DNA of 64,000 nucleotides from Camelus ferus (GCF_009834535.1 NC_045696.1:111354001-111418000), one strand, 5' to 3'; shown: positions 24,326 to 38,345, counted from the first letter of the stretch. The notes: generated by a model not told the origin, from the letters alone. Made by a program: numbers and translations.

Positions 24326-26749
24326 CAGCCTAGCTGGATTCTATCAATTATTGCCCCTCCTCTGTGGATCAGCCCTCTCCTCCCCACCCCATTTCCCAAG
24401 AGCCACTCATCCCTTTGAACTATGACAACATTTTTCTCTGTTACTCATCTGACAACTAATGAATCCTGCCTTGTATTCTACTTATTTTATATGCTTTTGT
24501 CTTCTTTCCCCAAATAGACCATAAATGCATCCGGAACATGAGCCTTATTCTAATTACGTTTGCATCTTTTGAGTGTCTATGTTACCAAAAATAGAACCAA
24601 CCCAGTAGCTATGGGGTAACATTGTGAAGACAGAAATTAGTCCGGCTTCCTGAATCATAGAAAACTTTATAGAACTTAGAATGCCTGCCAGCAGCACAAG
24701 AGTTGATGACATATTAGCATCACCACACTGCAACAGGATTTTTAAGAGTTTAAATGGAACAAAACCTTCTCTCCTTTGCTACCAGGATTTTAGTGTATTA
24801 CTCTTGCCAGGCATATCTCCTTCATTCCCCAACTCTGCCAATGAGGTGATAAACAATAGAACAATAACACTAGTTTTGTAATGACTGGGCAAATACACAA
24901 GAAAGAGCCCCCTCCCCGTGGCCTGTTCTATAGTATGCCTGGCTGGAGGGTTCAGCTTAGGATTATACAACAAAACGAGGATTTCCTCTCTCTTAAATCT
25001 ATGTCTTTCGAGAGCCAGTGTGACCCACTAGGAAAATGTGACCCACTGAGTGCACCAAGTGTACCAGTCCTAGCAGCAGCTGCACCTACTGTGAAAGTAG
25101 TGAGTAATGGAGTAAAAATCTGTCTCCCTCTCTCCAGGGTGGTGAATGGTTACGGTACAGAAGAATTGTGGCACTCCCGGTCTTCCCAGTTCAGGGAACT
25201 TCTGTCATCATCGTTAAAATGCCAGTGTCCAGTATCGAGATAGAAATTACCCCTTGAAGCCAAGGGACTCATCAGGAGAGAGACCAATGTAACATTTCAA
25301 GCTCATTTCAAGGGAATACGTTCACATGCAGTTTGTATACATCACAAAAACCTCTTCTTGCACCCGTGTAGCCACCTGTGTGGTGGCAGGGGCTGGGAGC
25401 AGGATTAGGAAGCAGGAGGCATTTGCTGTCTGTCTTTTCCAAAACCGTGTTTCTTGTATGACACACAAAATACAATGCACCTTCTGTAATTTCTGAACAT
25501 CTTAAACTTGTTAGAACCTAGATCAGTAATTCTTTTTAATGATTCCAATATGCCTCACTTTTATATACCAAGGGACCACTACAAGTTCTGATTAGGCACT
25601 CTAAAAGGCTATAAGCAAAAAAAGATATGGGGAATTAGCAAGTATAATCTTTAAAGCTATTTAGATAGACGCACAGGCAAAATAAAGAAACAAAGTCTTA
25701 ACTCTGAAGCCTGGATATAAAGTTTAATCCTGTTTCAACACAACATCAAATTCCTGACAGTTAATTGGAGAAAGAAATCTACTTTTTCCATTTGCCCACC
25801 TAGTTTTTTCAATTCTGCTTTTAAGTTTGTAGAAGTTGAATGTTTATTAACAATCTTCATCGAATAATGGGAATAGTGGTAAGCGTTGGGGTTTATACTT
25901 GCGGTGTTCAAGTATGGTGACTCCAGTCTTCCAGCCCTTGGAGCTTCAGCTGGCTTGGTGCCAGGCACGATGCAATAGTTCATGTCCTCCCATGGATCAC
26001 GTCTCTGCGTGAAAATTACACACATCCCTCACGGAAAATATAGGGAAGATGAACAATTCTGACTGCACTTAAAATGATCAAAACACAAAAGAAGATTATA
26101 AAAGAAATGGAGAGCATCATCAGAACTATCTATCAGAGGGTCCTCCAGAACACGAGCCAGAACAAAAACACTATCCGGGGGGGCAGTGAGAAGAAGGCAG
26201 AACCAATGAGTAAGTTGACAGAGGCACCACCCTTCCCTGCTCCTTTTATTAGACTGCTCACCTCAGTGCTATTTATGAATTCCTCCTGTGAGCCTCTGAC
26301 AGTAAAGAATATAGTAGGTGTCCAATATCTGTTAATTCATTGTTGAGCACCCATACATACATTCCCTTACATACAAAGACATAAAATATTTTCAAATATT
26401 TTACTATTCAAGAGCTCTACACATTTCTTTGGAGCGTGACCATGATCAGGTCTGAATACCACAAACCCAAACCTTAGGGGGTGCATTCTGTCTAATGTGC
26501 TCACTGCTACCAGTTATTAGCAGCTTAGCAGTCATGATTATTATTACTTATTGTCACTTTTTACAACGGCAATCCATTGACAGCCATCATTTTACACTGA
26601 GTGGCCCTTCCTAGCATCTTTCCAATCATTAAAGTGTTGACCTAAGCAGTAAAATGAGAAGCTAGATTTCTTATCTTGGCAAAGGTTTTTGGACATTTAT
26701 ATTCAAAGTGAGAAAAAGAAATGTCATGTAAATATTTTCCAAGACTCTA

Positions 26750-27235
26750 TCTACTGATAAATGAATAGATAAAGAAGATATGAATATATATATATTATTA
26801 TCTATTGGAATATTTTATATATATATATATATAAATATTATTCAGCCACTAAAAATATTTGTGACAACATAGATAGACCCTGAGGGTATTATGCTAAGTA
26901 AAATAAGTCAAATAGAGAAAGATAAATACTGTATAATTTCCTTTATATGTGGGACATAAAAAAAAACAAACAAATGAACAAACATAACAAAACATAGACA
27001 GAATCATAGATACTAGAACAAACAGGTGGTTGCCAGAGGAGAGAGGAGTGTTCTCAACACAAGGGAAAAATCTTTTTTTTCTTTTATTTTGTATCTAGAA
27101 GAGATGATGGATTTTTTTTACTAAACTTATTGTGGTAATCATTCCACAATGTATGTGAGTCAAGTCATTATGCTGTACCCCTTAAACTTACACAGTGTCA
27201 TATACCAATTATACCTCAATAAAATAAGAAAAAAC
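26750..27235 (+). mobile_element. L1MA/MB-like 3' fragment
   Basis: tgagggtattatgctaagtaaaataagtca...ttgtggtaatcattccacaatgtatg...ccttaaacttacacagtg...caataaaa. Confidence 0.85.
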
Positions 27236-28315
27236 CAAGTAATAAGATTTTGAGTTGCAGATTGGAACTGAGGAGTGGAAGAGGTTGTGGGAAGAATCAG
27301 ATAAATTAACTGTAGCTACAACTCACTTGGAGATCAACTAAGAGAGTTCCCAACAGCCATTCATGACACAAACTGTCCATGGTACCGCTCACCCTCCTTC
27401 CTCTGATCCAAAAACATCCTCTTTAGAATCAACACTTTGGGTAAAACAACAGAAGGACATTGTTAAAATGAGCAAGTACATTTGGAGGGACAGTGGGGTG
27501 GCTTTGCAAAGAGAAAGGCAAGGAGTCTCAATTTCATCCCATTCCTTGAATTTGTTTTGCTTCTAGGTCAATTACCAAAACACAATGCGATGAAATGCTA
27601 CCTGGTCAAAAAAAGAATATGGCAGGAGGGAGTATATAATGGAAGGGAAGTGAGGATAAATAGGAAAAGCCTTCAAAAGGGTTGCCCTTCTCCAGAATGA
27701 CTGCATAGTTGAGCAGTTGTATCGACAGTTAGGGCTGGCTGATGAAATATTTCATTCAACAGAGTTATCAGCAAACAATCACAGCACTCACCATGTACCA
27801 TTGCAGAGTGTTAGGCTCTATGATATCGTAAGGTATGAGCCCCACCTTCATGGACATTTGACTTTAAGTGGGAAATACGCACTGTAAAATCGACAGTGAA
27901 ATTAACATGAGGCTATGTACTATGTGGTCCGGCTTGATGTTGCACAGAGAGCTGATAAAGGAGACTTCACCTTGTCTGAGGAAGTGAAACTCAGTTACAA
28001 AGGATGGTAAGATTAAAACAAAATGAAGAATCTCGAGGACGACAGAACTTGAAGCAAATTCCCAACTCCTCTCCATAACACAGGAGAAAATCAGGAATGA
28101 AAGACAAGCAGGGAGAAGAGAACAAACACGTGCAGCACACTGGCTGTAAAAAGCCTGGACCTTCTACGTATTTCCATTTGGTTCTAACAACAAACATCAC
28201 CCCTTTCATAAATGTGGTAACTGCAGTTTCCCACATTGCACATAAATGTGAAAAACACAGTGGTAGACAAACAAGCTGGGGACAGAAGCCCACAGCTGTC
28301 TGTCTCTAAAAGCGG

Positions 28316-28495
28316 CTGCCTTTCTCAACCCCAGCACAGCTGAAATTTCCGAGTGGATGATTTTTGCTGTGGTAGGCTGCCTTGGTCTCCCACTAAATAT
28401 CAGTAGCACCCCCTTCGCCGTGATAACCAATCATCTCTCTAGACATTGCCAAGTATCCTCCATGGGATAAAATCCTCTCCCGCTGAGAACCACTG
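28316..28495. mobile_element. MER20 (hAT-Charlie)
   Basis: ttctcaaccccagcac...cagtagcacccc...agacattgccaagt...gctgagaaccactg. Confidence 0.9.
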
Positions 28496-28599
28496 ATTCT
28501 TCACAAGACAGAACATGAATCCAAAAGACCGTAGAAAACTTTAACGGGTCATAAACTACATAGTAAAAGATATAGAAAAGCATGTTGCATTAAGAACTA

Positions 28600-29047
28600 A
28601 ACACAGCACCCGGCAGAGTCATTAGGTAGCCAGGCTCATCACGGCCATGCTGCAGAAGCCAATGACTGCGGTCAGATACTGGATACCCACTTGACACAAC
28701 ACTGTCCCCTCCTGGAAGGGGACACAGCTTGCTGCTGCTGGCAGTGCTGCACCGAGAAGGGGACACTGACGTGTCTACAGAAAGGATTCTCCTCTACTGC
28801 TCTCGTTTATAACCATCTCTGGATTCAAAGTCTTGTGCAAGTCCATCTGTGTGTCAAACTGGCTTATGTCTGAGCCTTTCCTGAACGTGTGTGACTAGGG
28901 TCTCCAATTTCCTGTTTCTGTAGTGAGAAGTGGGTTCTGGAATCTTCCAGTTATAGGATTGAGGATGAGATGCAAGGCAGTCAAAAAAGAAAAAAGAAAA
29001 AGGGAAGGAAGGAAAGAAGGAAGAAAAAAAGACAGATGTCCACTACA
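28600..29047 (-). mobile_element. Old MLT1 (J/K/L-like) LTR
   Basis: Ends in atgtccactaca, the reverse complement of the MLT1 start tgtagtggacat; left boundary uncertain. Confidence 0.55.
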
Positions 29048-31359
29048 GATGGACAATAGACAATATTAACCCTTGGAAGAATGGAAGGACATAATAAATG
29101 ATTTTTATAAAAAAAAAAAAAACAGAGAACTTCTAATCCCTACTCAGATAAATAGCGGAGCAAGATGAGAAATGCTAGACTGTATCGCGCTAGTGGAATA
29201 TTGTCTGGTTAGTGCCTGGGACCCATAGAGCTTGCTAGAGACAGAGGAGCTGTCTCTAAATGTAAAGCGGGCTTACAGAGAAGCGCTTTGTGTGAGCGGA
29301 CAGAGGGAGAGTGATGGCAGTTAAGACTCTTATAGGACTGTTTCGGAGCCTCCAGTCTTCCTCCCCTGAAGCCCTCATTCCTGCCATCCAAGCCAGCTTC
29401 TTCCTCACCCTCCATCTCCTCCTTCTACTGCCAAGCAATTTCAATTGTCTAAGTGCTGTAAAAACAGAGTGACTACATTTCAGGAATGTGCAGTGAGTTG
29501 CCAAATGGTCTTCAAAGGAATATAGATTTTTCTCTCATTGACATGTTCCAGGAAGAAGTTTATGGCCCAATTTCCTGTCTTCTTCAAGGAACAGACTCAC
29601 GACCTGGGGAACTGAAGCCCTTGTCCACTGTGATCCACTAGACAGAGGCCTTTCCAAAAGGAACACATCAAACGACACACTTCCTATTTCTGCACAAGTT
29701 CTTTACAACCAGTGCTTCTATGTAAGTTACACCTTGAATTATGCAGAAGGAAGACCGACCTTGGAGAAGGTCTTTACTTTCAGCCGAGTTTCCCTGCTTG
29801 CCTCTGGTTTGCGCCGTTACAGGCTGTCCCTACCTGAGGCTAGTGATTCAACAGCAAACCTAAACTGTGAAGCTGGTCATGATGAGTACTTAGCGCTTCC
29901 TTTCTTCTGTTTATAGATGCAGAGAGCTCTTTCTCTGGATATTTCTCTCCTGTGGTCACCGAAAGGTTATTTTCACTTACTTCATTGCTCATGTCCCCTA
30001 AAAGTTGAGGTTTACCTTAATTCCAGCTGCCCAAAAAAGTGGTCACCTTACATTAAAAGAAAAGAGGGAGTAGGGAAGAGGAATAATGCAGATTGTAGAT
30101 TAATCTAGAAATAGCAAAGGACTAATCCTACCAGTAAGCTGTAGGAGATGGAAGCTGATTTTTCCTTCCCTCCAACAAAGAAATGAATATACACTTGGTT
30201 GAGCCAACAAAGCTGCATGCTATTTTTTTCCAAATGATTTTTCTCTGCTCTTTGATCAATTCTATGTGTTGGATTATGAATAGAAAGAGAGAGAGAAATG
30301 CCTTGTAATACAGATTTGGTTTTACCTCTCAAAGACAATGAGCTCTCTGGTTGAAAATTCCCCTTTCTTCTGGGAAGGCTTAAGGACCAAGTATATTATA
30401 TAGATTATTTAGAGTGATTTTAGCAGTAAGTAGAAGAAATGTTATTTCAGCCTGGTTAAGTGTTAGAAATTCTGTTCTCTAACATAAAAGGAAATCCCAA
30501 GATAGTATGGGATTAGTGTTACCTGATTTAGAAAGTCAAGGATCTCGGGTTTTGCTAGTCTTCCAGTCCATGAAACCGGGGGGTAATTTCATTTTCAGAA
30601 TGGTGATCAGTGTCGACATGACATAATGGAGAGGAAAAAGGCATCTCTCTTTTTGATGTGAAAAAAACTTTTTCTAGGTGTTCCTCAATGGAATTTTCTT
30701 TATTTCTTGATCATCAGAATTGGATCCCATGCCTACTTTGAACTCTTAGACTAGTGGTTCACAAATTAGACAAGAATACTCTTGGATGTCTTTGGGTTTC
30801 ACAATGACTAGATGGCTCTTAATATTTAGCAGGAAATATCTAGACTGCTAAATGCCCAACAACACGTGGACAGCCTTTCACACGCAAGAATGGTACCACC
30901 AAGAATGTCGAGACCCTCTTGGAGAAAAATTGCCCTTAACCTAATCAAACATTCTTTGGCTCAGAAAGTGGTTTCAGCTTTCCCTTAGATATTTGACTGC
31001 CAGGAGGAAGGGTGGGTATCTGAACAAAATAAAAAAGGAGCTTCCTGTTAAAAAGAAAGAATTTGGCAGTGGATGCAGGGTAGGCATTCAGTTGTGTTCA
31101 CTGTATTACCACCATCTGACCCTGAGACAAATGTCACTTATTCACTTATTACTGTTTTGAATTATTTCACATTTTAGAAATCATCTTAGGACTCCTAGAG
31201 GCTTAGAGGACCAATTAAGAGGCTGTTGCAATGACCTGAGTTTAAAATGTCATAAATATTATCTAAGGTAGTAGTATAAGATGTCAGGAGAAGTGAATGG
31301 ATTCTAAAGCTATACTGGAGGGAAATTAATAGATTTTGGACAATGACTAGTGTTCAGTG

Positions 31360-31825
31360 ACTAGTTCAGGGTGATTTCTTGATTTACGTAAGTCTGAAGT
31401 TATCCACTGAATCCTGGTCATTCCGTCATAGCCACTGAGAAATGACATGCACTTTACCATCTTACTCTCCACTATTACACCTGCCATCCTCTCTGATGAC
31501 ATCACGGAGCCCACAGATAATATAGCCAATGCTCTGGCCTCTCTACTTGTTACTTCCTCACTTCCAATTTTCTTGTATTCTTTGCCACCTCTTCCCCTAT
31601 TCCCATGCTTATAGCCTACAACTTATATCTTAGCTGGATCGTTTCCAAAATCAAAATTCCAAATATTTCTATATTTTTAGACTACACCTTCTGATTTCTT
31701 GGTTCTAACAATTATTCAGTTCTGCCATCTTCCAATCTAGTTACTCTACCCTTTTTCACTGTTCAAAACCCCTTCTCCAATGCCCTTGATTTCTTCCTTA
31801 CCTAAATAAGATTCAATGTCCTATC
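31360..31825 (+). mobile_element. LINE-2 internal ORF relic (endonuclease region)
   Basis: Near 31480, cctgccatcctctctgatgacatc... reads PAILSDDITEPTDNIANALAS, resembling L2 PAIILGDFNIHVDDPSNTLAS. Confidence 0.65.
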
Positions 31826-31829
31826 ACAT

Positions 31830-31990
31830 GGGGAGAGCACAGCTCAAGTGGTAAAACACATGCTGAGCATATGCTCGGTCCTGGGTTCAATCCCCAGTAC
31901 CTCCGTTAAAAAAAAAAAAAAAACAAACAATAATAAATAAATAGATCTAATAATCTCCCCCAATAAATACATAAAATAAAAATTTAAAAA
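31830..31990 (+). mobile_element. tRNA-derived camelid-type SINE (Vic-1-like)
   Basis: GGGGAGAGCACAGCTCAAGTGGTA (A box)...GGTTCAATCCC (B box)...CAGTACCTCC, then A-rich tail; degenerate TSD agattcaatgtcctatcac / agattcagcattctaccac. Confidence 0.9.
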
Positions 31991-32524
31991 GAGATTCAGC
32001 ATTCTACCACTAAAATTAAACCTTTGCATACAACTTTAACTCATTTTCATCTCTCCATAGGCATGATTAAATTTGAATCTCTGCAGACTTTTGACTAAAA
32101 CAGAAACTTTTTAAAAAGTCGTGCCGCATTATTTTTGTGCTTACTCTAACTCTACTTACCATGAGGAGGGCTCATTCTGATTAAATTATACCTCAGTGGT
32201 TTCTGAATTGCATGAATGGTGCCATCCTCTGAGATAATGCCCATGGAAGAAGAAAGAAAAGATATATGGGTGAAGAATTAAAATTTCAACATGCTAAATT
32301 TCATGTGCCTTTTGGATATCCATATGGAATAATCTGTTAGGGGGTTGCGTATTAAAGTGAGGTGTAGGAGACAGAGACAGGAGTTGGGAAGACAAAGCTT
32401 TGGGAGTCACTCTGGAGAGCTTGTGTGAAAGCTGTGTTAGTGGTTGAGAACATCAGGGACACTGTAGCCTCAGAAGTAGCATTTTTTGGGTCAATGCCAG
32501 TTTCCTTTAGTTTAACTCTAGAAT

Positions 32525-33580
32525 TGTTCATTCAACAACAAGTATTTATTAAACAATAACTTCTAGTCACTTTTCTAGGCAATTGGTTAAATAACCTTGG
32601 CTTCACTGAGTTCACATTCAAGTTAGGAGAGAGAGAGAGAAAAGAAACCTAATAAATCAGTAAATTACACTGATTGGCAGGTGAAATGTGCAAAGGCGAA
32701 AAAAGCAGAGCAGAAAATAAGAGGATGGGGAATGTGGTTTAGACGGGTAGGGACAGGCTTTATTATTAAATAAGAATGTTAAGATCGTTAGCAGTGAGAA
32801 AATGAGACTGAAAGGCAGACTTGAAGGAAGAAAGTGAGGGAGTTGTTTAAGCAGACATTTAATGGAAGAGAGTCCCAAGTGGAAGGGTCAGGTAGACAGA
32901 CGCCAAGGCTGGAGTACGCCTGGTGTGTCTGCTAACAAATAAGGAGGCTGGTGTGGCTGGAAAGGAGGGGCTACGAGGGGAAGTGTTAGAGGAGAGAAAG
33001 TTGCAAAGTGGGGACCAGGCAGATCAGGTAGAACTTTGTGTGACTGAAAGAACTTTATCTCTGAGAAGAGAGAACTATTTCAGAGTTTTGAGTAAAGGTG
33101 TCAAAAGACCTAATATATGTTTTTAAAAGGATCTCATTGGCTATTGTGTTGAGAGTAAGTTTTAGGGCAGCAAGGGTCGAAAACAGGAGAGCAGTTGACA
33201 AGAAAAGGCAGAAATCCTAGAAAGAGATGATGGTGATGGCCAGGCTGGTATCCATGCAGATGGTAAGGATTACTGAGATTCTGAGTATATTTTGGAACTA
33301 GAGCCAACAGGTCTTTTTAAAAATTGGACACAGAGTGTTATGTCCAAGGGAAAGAGAGGAGTGAGTAACACTAAGTTGTTTGGCTTTTCATCTTACAGCC
33401 TGAGCAAACGGAAAGGAAGGGGTTTTAGTGCAAAGTTCAGAAGTTCAATTTTGCCCATTTTAAGTTTGAGATGAGTCTTGGGCATCCAAAGAATGCTGCT
33501 GAATAGACAACTGGATATTGAATTACAGACTGAATCACAGGGGTTGTCAGTCTATAGATGGTGTTTAAAGCACAAGGCTG
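32525..33580 (-). mobile_element. LINE-2 (L2a-like) 3' portion
   Basis: ttcattcaacaacaagtatttatt tail; aaggaggctggtgtggctgga..., ttttaaaaggatctcattggct..., agagatgatggtg. Confidence 0.85.
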
Positions 33581-34228
33581 GCTGCTTTGCATTGTAGTTG
33601 CAGAAAATAACCAGCTTCACTCTGAAGTGTCACACCCTGAGTGCAGTGTATAGCTTGTGACCTCTGCACAGGTAGCAAAGGTTACAGACCTGGGAAGGAG
33701 GCTGAGTGTAGCAAAGTTGATTTCAGCCTCAATTAATGTCAAACTCCTACGTTAGGGGAGATATTGCAAAGGGTCATCTTGGACCCCAAATCCAGAACAT
33801 CAATGCAAATATGTGTTCAAGACCCTCCAAAGACAGCATGGAATAATAGTAAGGATGAAAATAATAGTAGAAAAAAATAATTGTTGTGGAAGCAGGATCA
33901 AGTAGTTATTGAGAATGTAGCTATTATCAGACATTGTAATAAGCACTTTGCATCCATGAATTCACCGAATCCTTACAATGGCACTTTAAGAAAAGTGTTT
34001 TATTGTTCTCCTCAACTTATAACTGGAGGAACTGAAGTCCTGGAGAAGGAAAGACGTTTGCTCACTGTAAAGAGCAATGAACCAGGTAGACTAGTTTTCA
34101 AACTACACTCTGCCATGAACTGTGTGATCGTCAGCAGGTCATGCTTGCCTTTGGGTATCAGTTTCCCTAATTATAAAAAGCGGGTGGTTGACCAGATAAC
34201 CTTTAAAGACCCACTTTCATGGTGCTAT

Positions 34229-34782
34229 TGTTAACCAGAATTTCAGAAATGAAGATCTGATGGAAATAAAGATGCATTTACTTGAGGTGTCAGGACTGCA
34301 GCCCAAGAGACACAGATTCAAAAGCACTTGAACTGTGTTCTGCTGGCCTACAAAACAGGGGAGGTTTATAGAGTCTACAAAACCTCGCAAAGTCACACAA
34401 ATTGTCGAAAGTTAGAATTTGAGCTGGCAAGAAGCGAGGGTGCTTTCTGAACAAGGATTGGTTGGGGTTCAAAACGGTTGCATGGCTGTGAGGGCAGGGG
34501 GCGGGGACTTTGAAGCTACCAGGTTGCAGCTAGCAGGTACTAGCAGATATTGTTGTGAAAATGATGCATGTGTCCCTGAGTCTGCGTTCAGAAAACACAG
34601 GTTCTCAGTGATGCAGGAACATGTCTGAAAGCACATCTGCAAGGGCCACCCTGCTCCCTTTTGGATGTTTGAACCACAGTTACTCCATTTTAACTTTTTT
34701 AATGATCTTAAATACATAATCACTATGTATATTTCAGTCTCCCAAGCCTTAATTTTAGATGCTTTAATGCCGTCTCCTCTCA
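34229..34782 (-). mobile_element. Probable ERV1-like solo LTR
   Basis: Starts tgttaa and ends ...ca, ~550 bp, LTR-like antisense content (ggaggtttatag); no clear TSD. Confidence 0.4.
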
Positions 34783-34889
34783 TCTAAGTTATGGTAGTCC
34801 TGGCATAATATCAACATTAGCAACAACTGAATAAACCCTTGGAATGAACTAAGGTCTGTGTGAAATGCTCATATCTTATTTAATCTTCA

Positions 34890-35237
34890 TAATCAATCAA
34901 TAGAATACAGTGAAAATGGTGCTGTGCCAATTCTGGGCTTAGCCCTCAACGGGCCTGAAAGCTTCCTCTTTCACCTTCTTGAAATGCTTACTTTGGGGAT
35001 ATTCTTTCTTGAAACTCAGATGCCATGTGATGCGAGGGAGAACCAAGGACCCCCAGTCAACAGCTCTGAGTTTCCAGTCTAGCCTCCAGACGACTCTGGC
35101 TTTCCTAGATGACGCCACATCCGATACCACGTGAAGCAAAAGGACCACCTGGTTATCCCACATGACCATGTAATAAATTATAGTTTCAAGCTACTAAGTT
35201 TTGGGGTGGTTTGTTTCACAGTAATCAATAACTGAAA
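34890..35237 (+). mobile_element. MLT1F/G-like LTR inserted into a MIR
   Basis: gtgctgtgccaattctgggcttag...ttcaagctactaagttttggggtggtttgtt...caataactgaa; antisense MIR resumes at ~35250 (cccattttacagatgcagaaactgaag). Confidence 0.8.
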
Positions 35238-35939
35238 ATTACTACAAATACTCCCATTTTACAGATGCAGAAACTGAAGCTTAAGAGTGTCTATTTACCT
35301 ATAGATCACATATCAAGGTAATGATAGACTAAACATTTGAACAGAGTCCTATTAAATTACAGAGCCCACACTTGAAAACACTATGCCAACTTGCTTCTCA
35401 TTTTAATATCAAGTTAATAGCCATATCTTTCTGCAGCATTTGAATCTGCACATTATTTTCTCTTATGAAGAGAGCTGCTAAGCTTACATGAGGATTACAA
35501 AATTTGTTCTCTTTAATCCATTCTACTATTCCTAGAGGTATTTGGCTAATAATGTGCACTAAATGTGCTCAGATTCCTCACGTGGATTACTAACGAAAAG
35601 CCAGAAACCTGGAGGAACTTCTTCTCTCACTGGAGTTCTTTAATTTTCTAAAGCCTAAGGCAGTTACATGCAGCCTTTAAATTCCCTTGTCCATCTTGCC
35701 AGCAGTGTGTTAGCTACCTGTGCATCAAATTACTGCAATATTGCTTTCAGCATCCACTTAGCATTTCCAAGTTTTCATCATCTAGAAAAAGGCACCAATA
35801 CATCACGACTAAGTTCCAAGCAGATGGCGTCAAATTCTATTTACCTGGTATTCCTTTTTTTAATGATGCTAAAGTAAAATTGTTCAGCAAACGCAGCTAT
35901 CAAAAAATAATTGGAAGGGGAGGGGAGGGAAACAAATGA

Positions 35940-35951
35940 GCTGACTCAGCA
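35940..35951 (+). promoter_or_regulatory. Near-perfect MARE/ARE (Maf/NRF2/BACH) motif
   Basis: AGCTGACTCAGCAAAAAT vs T-MARE TGCTGACTCAGCA (12/13); motif match only. Confidence 0.4.
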
Positions 35952-36554
35952 AAAATGAAAATCCTAAGTATTTTACATTGAAACAAGCCAAAGCAGTGAT
36001 TTAAAGGGACCGATGCATCCTTTCTCGTCATGCAGCACCCCAACATCCACCCCACCCACCCTCGTGCTTGTCAAAATAAGGTTTAAATGAAGATGTAGTG
36101 GTGTTTTTCTGTGGATTATTGCTGAAGACTGGGGTGAATGGAAAATGTGCTGGTGTGTGGGGTAAAGATGAGGAAATATATACAGTCAAATAAGCAAGTT
36201 ACAATTTTTACATGAAATCAGTCAGTCACTGTAGGAGTGCACCATACCTATTTAACATGTCATAACTAAGGTATCTCTAGCCTTCTAACTTAGAGGTAAA
36301 AATTCCAGTTGAGGTTTCCGTATTAATTTAAGTGGTAATAATGGCCATAACAGCATCATTCAGAGAGTGCTTTATGAGTCTCAAGGCATTGTCACATATG
36401 TGGCACTCAATTCAATCCTCACAATAACCTTAGACTAGGTGCCATTATACGCAAGATCAGAAAGTTAAATAACAAACCAGGAGTCAGATCAAGACTCAAA
36501 ATATCACAACTTCATCTGCAACCTTGGACTCCAAGTTCCTTTAAAAAGGAGGAG

Positions 36555-36775
36555 GCGAGTACGAACTACTATGTATAAAATGAATAAGCTACAGAGATAG
36601 ATTTGTGCAGCCCAGGGAAATAGCCAATATTTTATAAATGGAGTATAACCTTCAAAAATTGTGAATCACTATGTTGTTCACCTGAAACCTATAATATCGT
36701 AAATCAACTATAATTCAATGTTTTAAAAAAGTCACCCTAGAAAAAAATAAAATAAAATAAAGCAAAATAAAAGAA
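36555..36775 (+). mobile_element. Short L1 3' end with A-rich tail
   Basis: actactatgtataaaatgaataagctaca...cacctgaaacctataatatcgtaaatcaactataattcaat; homologous to 13270-13450. Confidence 0.85.
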
Positions 36776-37124
36776 AGAGGGATGATTTGGGAAAAAAATG
36801 TTCAGTTGATTTTTATGGCAAACACCTGTTCTAATCTGATATCTTCAGTTGTGTAAGTTGCACTATAATAAGCTTGCTATATTAAAAATGGCTTAAAATG
36901 TCCTCTACAGAGCCAGTGACAAATCATCCAAAGAGTTATGTTACCCAATATCTGTCCACTAAGAAAACTACCCAACGTTTCTTTCAATGGAGTCCAGGGT
37001 TGCTGAAGAAAGTAGATGTGGCCTTGAGACAATGCAAACAATGACATCACTGTTGTAAGCTGTCTCTTGACGTCTTCACCTGCGATCATTTCGCCAATCA
37101 TTTATTAGAGCTTCGCTTTTTCAT

Positions 37125-37490
37125 CTAATTGATTTATTTTCATTGTGGTATAATTAAGATATGGTAAAATTCCAAGATCCTAAGTGTACAGTTATCTCAT
37201 TCCAGAATTGTCCCTCGTGCCCTTTCTCAGGCAGCCCTATTCTAGAAGCAACCACTTATCTGTTATTTTTCACCAAATACTTGTTTTGCCTGTTCTAAAA
37301 CTTTGTGTAAATGTCTTGTTTTGTGTTTTGCACTTGGTCCCTTTTGCTCAGCATAATTGTTTGTGATTCTTCCATGCTATTGTATGCATAAGTAGTTTAT
37401 TCTTTCATACTAGTTGGAGCATTTTACATATGAATGCACCACTGTTTCTTTATCCATTTCCCCCTTGACATTTGGGTTGTTTGTGCTTTT
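37125..37490 (-). mobile_element. Ancient L1 (L1MC/ME) 3' fragment
   Basis: gttttgcctgttctaaaactt...tgtttgtgattcttccatgc...gacatttgggttgttt. Confidence 0.75.
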
Positions 37491-38164
37491 GTACAGCTTC
37501 ATTGTAAGCACTACATTTTTAGCTCTTAAGATGAGTCCATAAATTAAGAAATCTGTCAGCAAATGTGCATTTTTCTGGGTCTGTGTTTGTGTGTGTGTGT
37601 GTGAACTGAAGTAGAATTTACTTTGTAAATCAATGTAAGTATGCTAAACACTTTGCATTTGAAATATGAAATGAATTGGTCTGGCTCCCAGACTTCATGG
37701 CTGCGAGGTAAACAGCAGTGGGGAAGACGCTATGCCAAAATAGCCTCAGAACTGAGAGGCCTTCTGTCTGGGCTCAATGGTAGGTGGTGTCCTCGCAGGA
37801 AAGAGATGTACACTCAGGCTGTTGTTTCCGGATTCCAGCTCTGTGCCCAGCACTTCGGCTGTTAAAATGCTCCTGGAATATTCAGCAGCGAGGTTCTGGC
37901 GTCGTGCATGCAAACAGATCAGTAGTTCTGATCATTCAAAATCCATCTTAGCTGCCTCTCTCCCTTTCTCTAAGGCACTTAGGCTCATCATGGTTTGCTA
38001 ATTAAAACCCAGGACTTAAACCTTTCAGCTTTGTGTGTGCAGCTAATTCGACCTTCAGGGGTGCAACAAATAGGTCAATTAACATTCACTAGCATGCACT
38101 AATCTAGCACCTGCTGTGTGCCAAACGCTGCACAGGGCTAGTTGCATTTCCTAACAGGTTGCAG

Positions 38165-38345
38165 AGAGACAGTGGGATGCTGCAAGTCAAAGAATGCTAC
38201 AGTTGGTGTCCAAAAACGTGAGTGGGAGCACTGCTTTCCCGCTTTATTTCAGAGACCTTGGGCAATTCACTTCAACTTGGAATCTCAGTTATTATTAATG
38301 TATAAGAGGTTCTAATTTTTTAGGTCAAAAACTAAGGTGTGAATG
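38165..38345 (+). mobile_element. MIR fragment
   Basis: gaccttgggcaattcacttcaacttggaatctcagttt. Confidence 0.6.

Noticed and set aside
31830..31905. Possible tRNA gene
   Set aside because: A/B boxes are present, but it continues into a SINE tail with TSD and the stems are degenerate; it is a SINE
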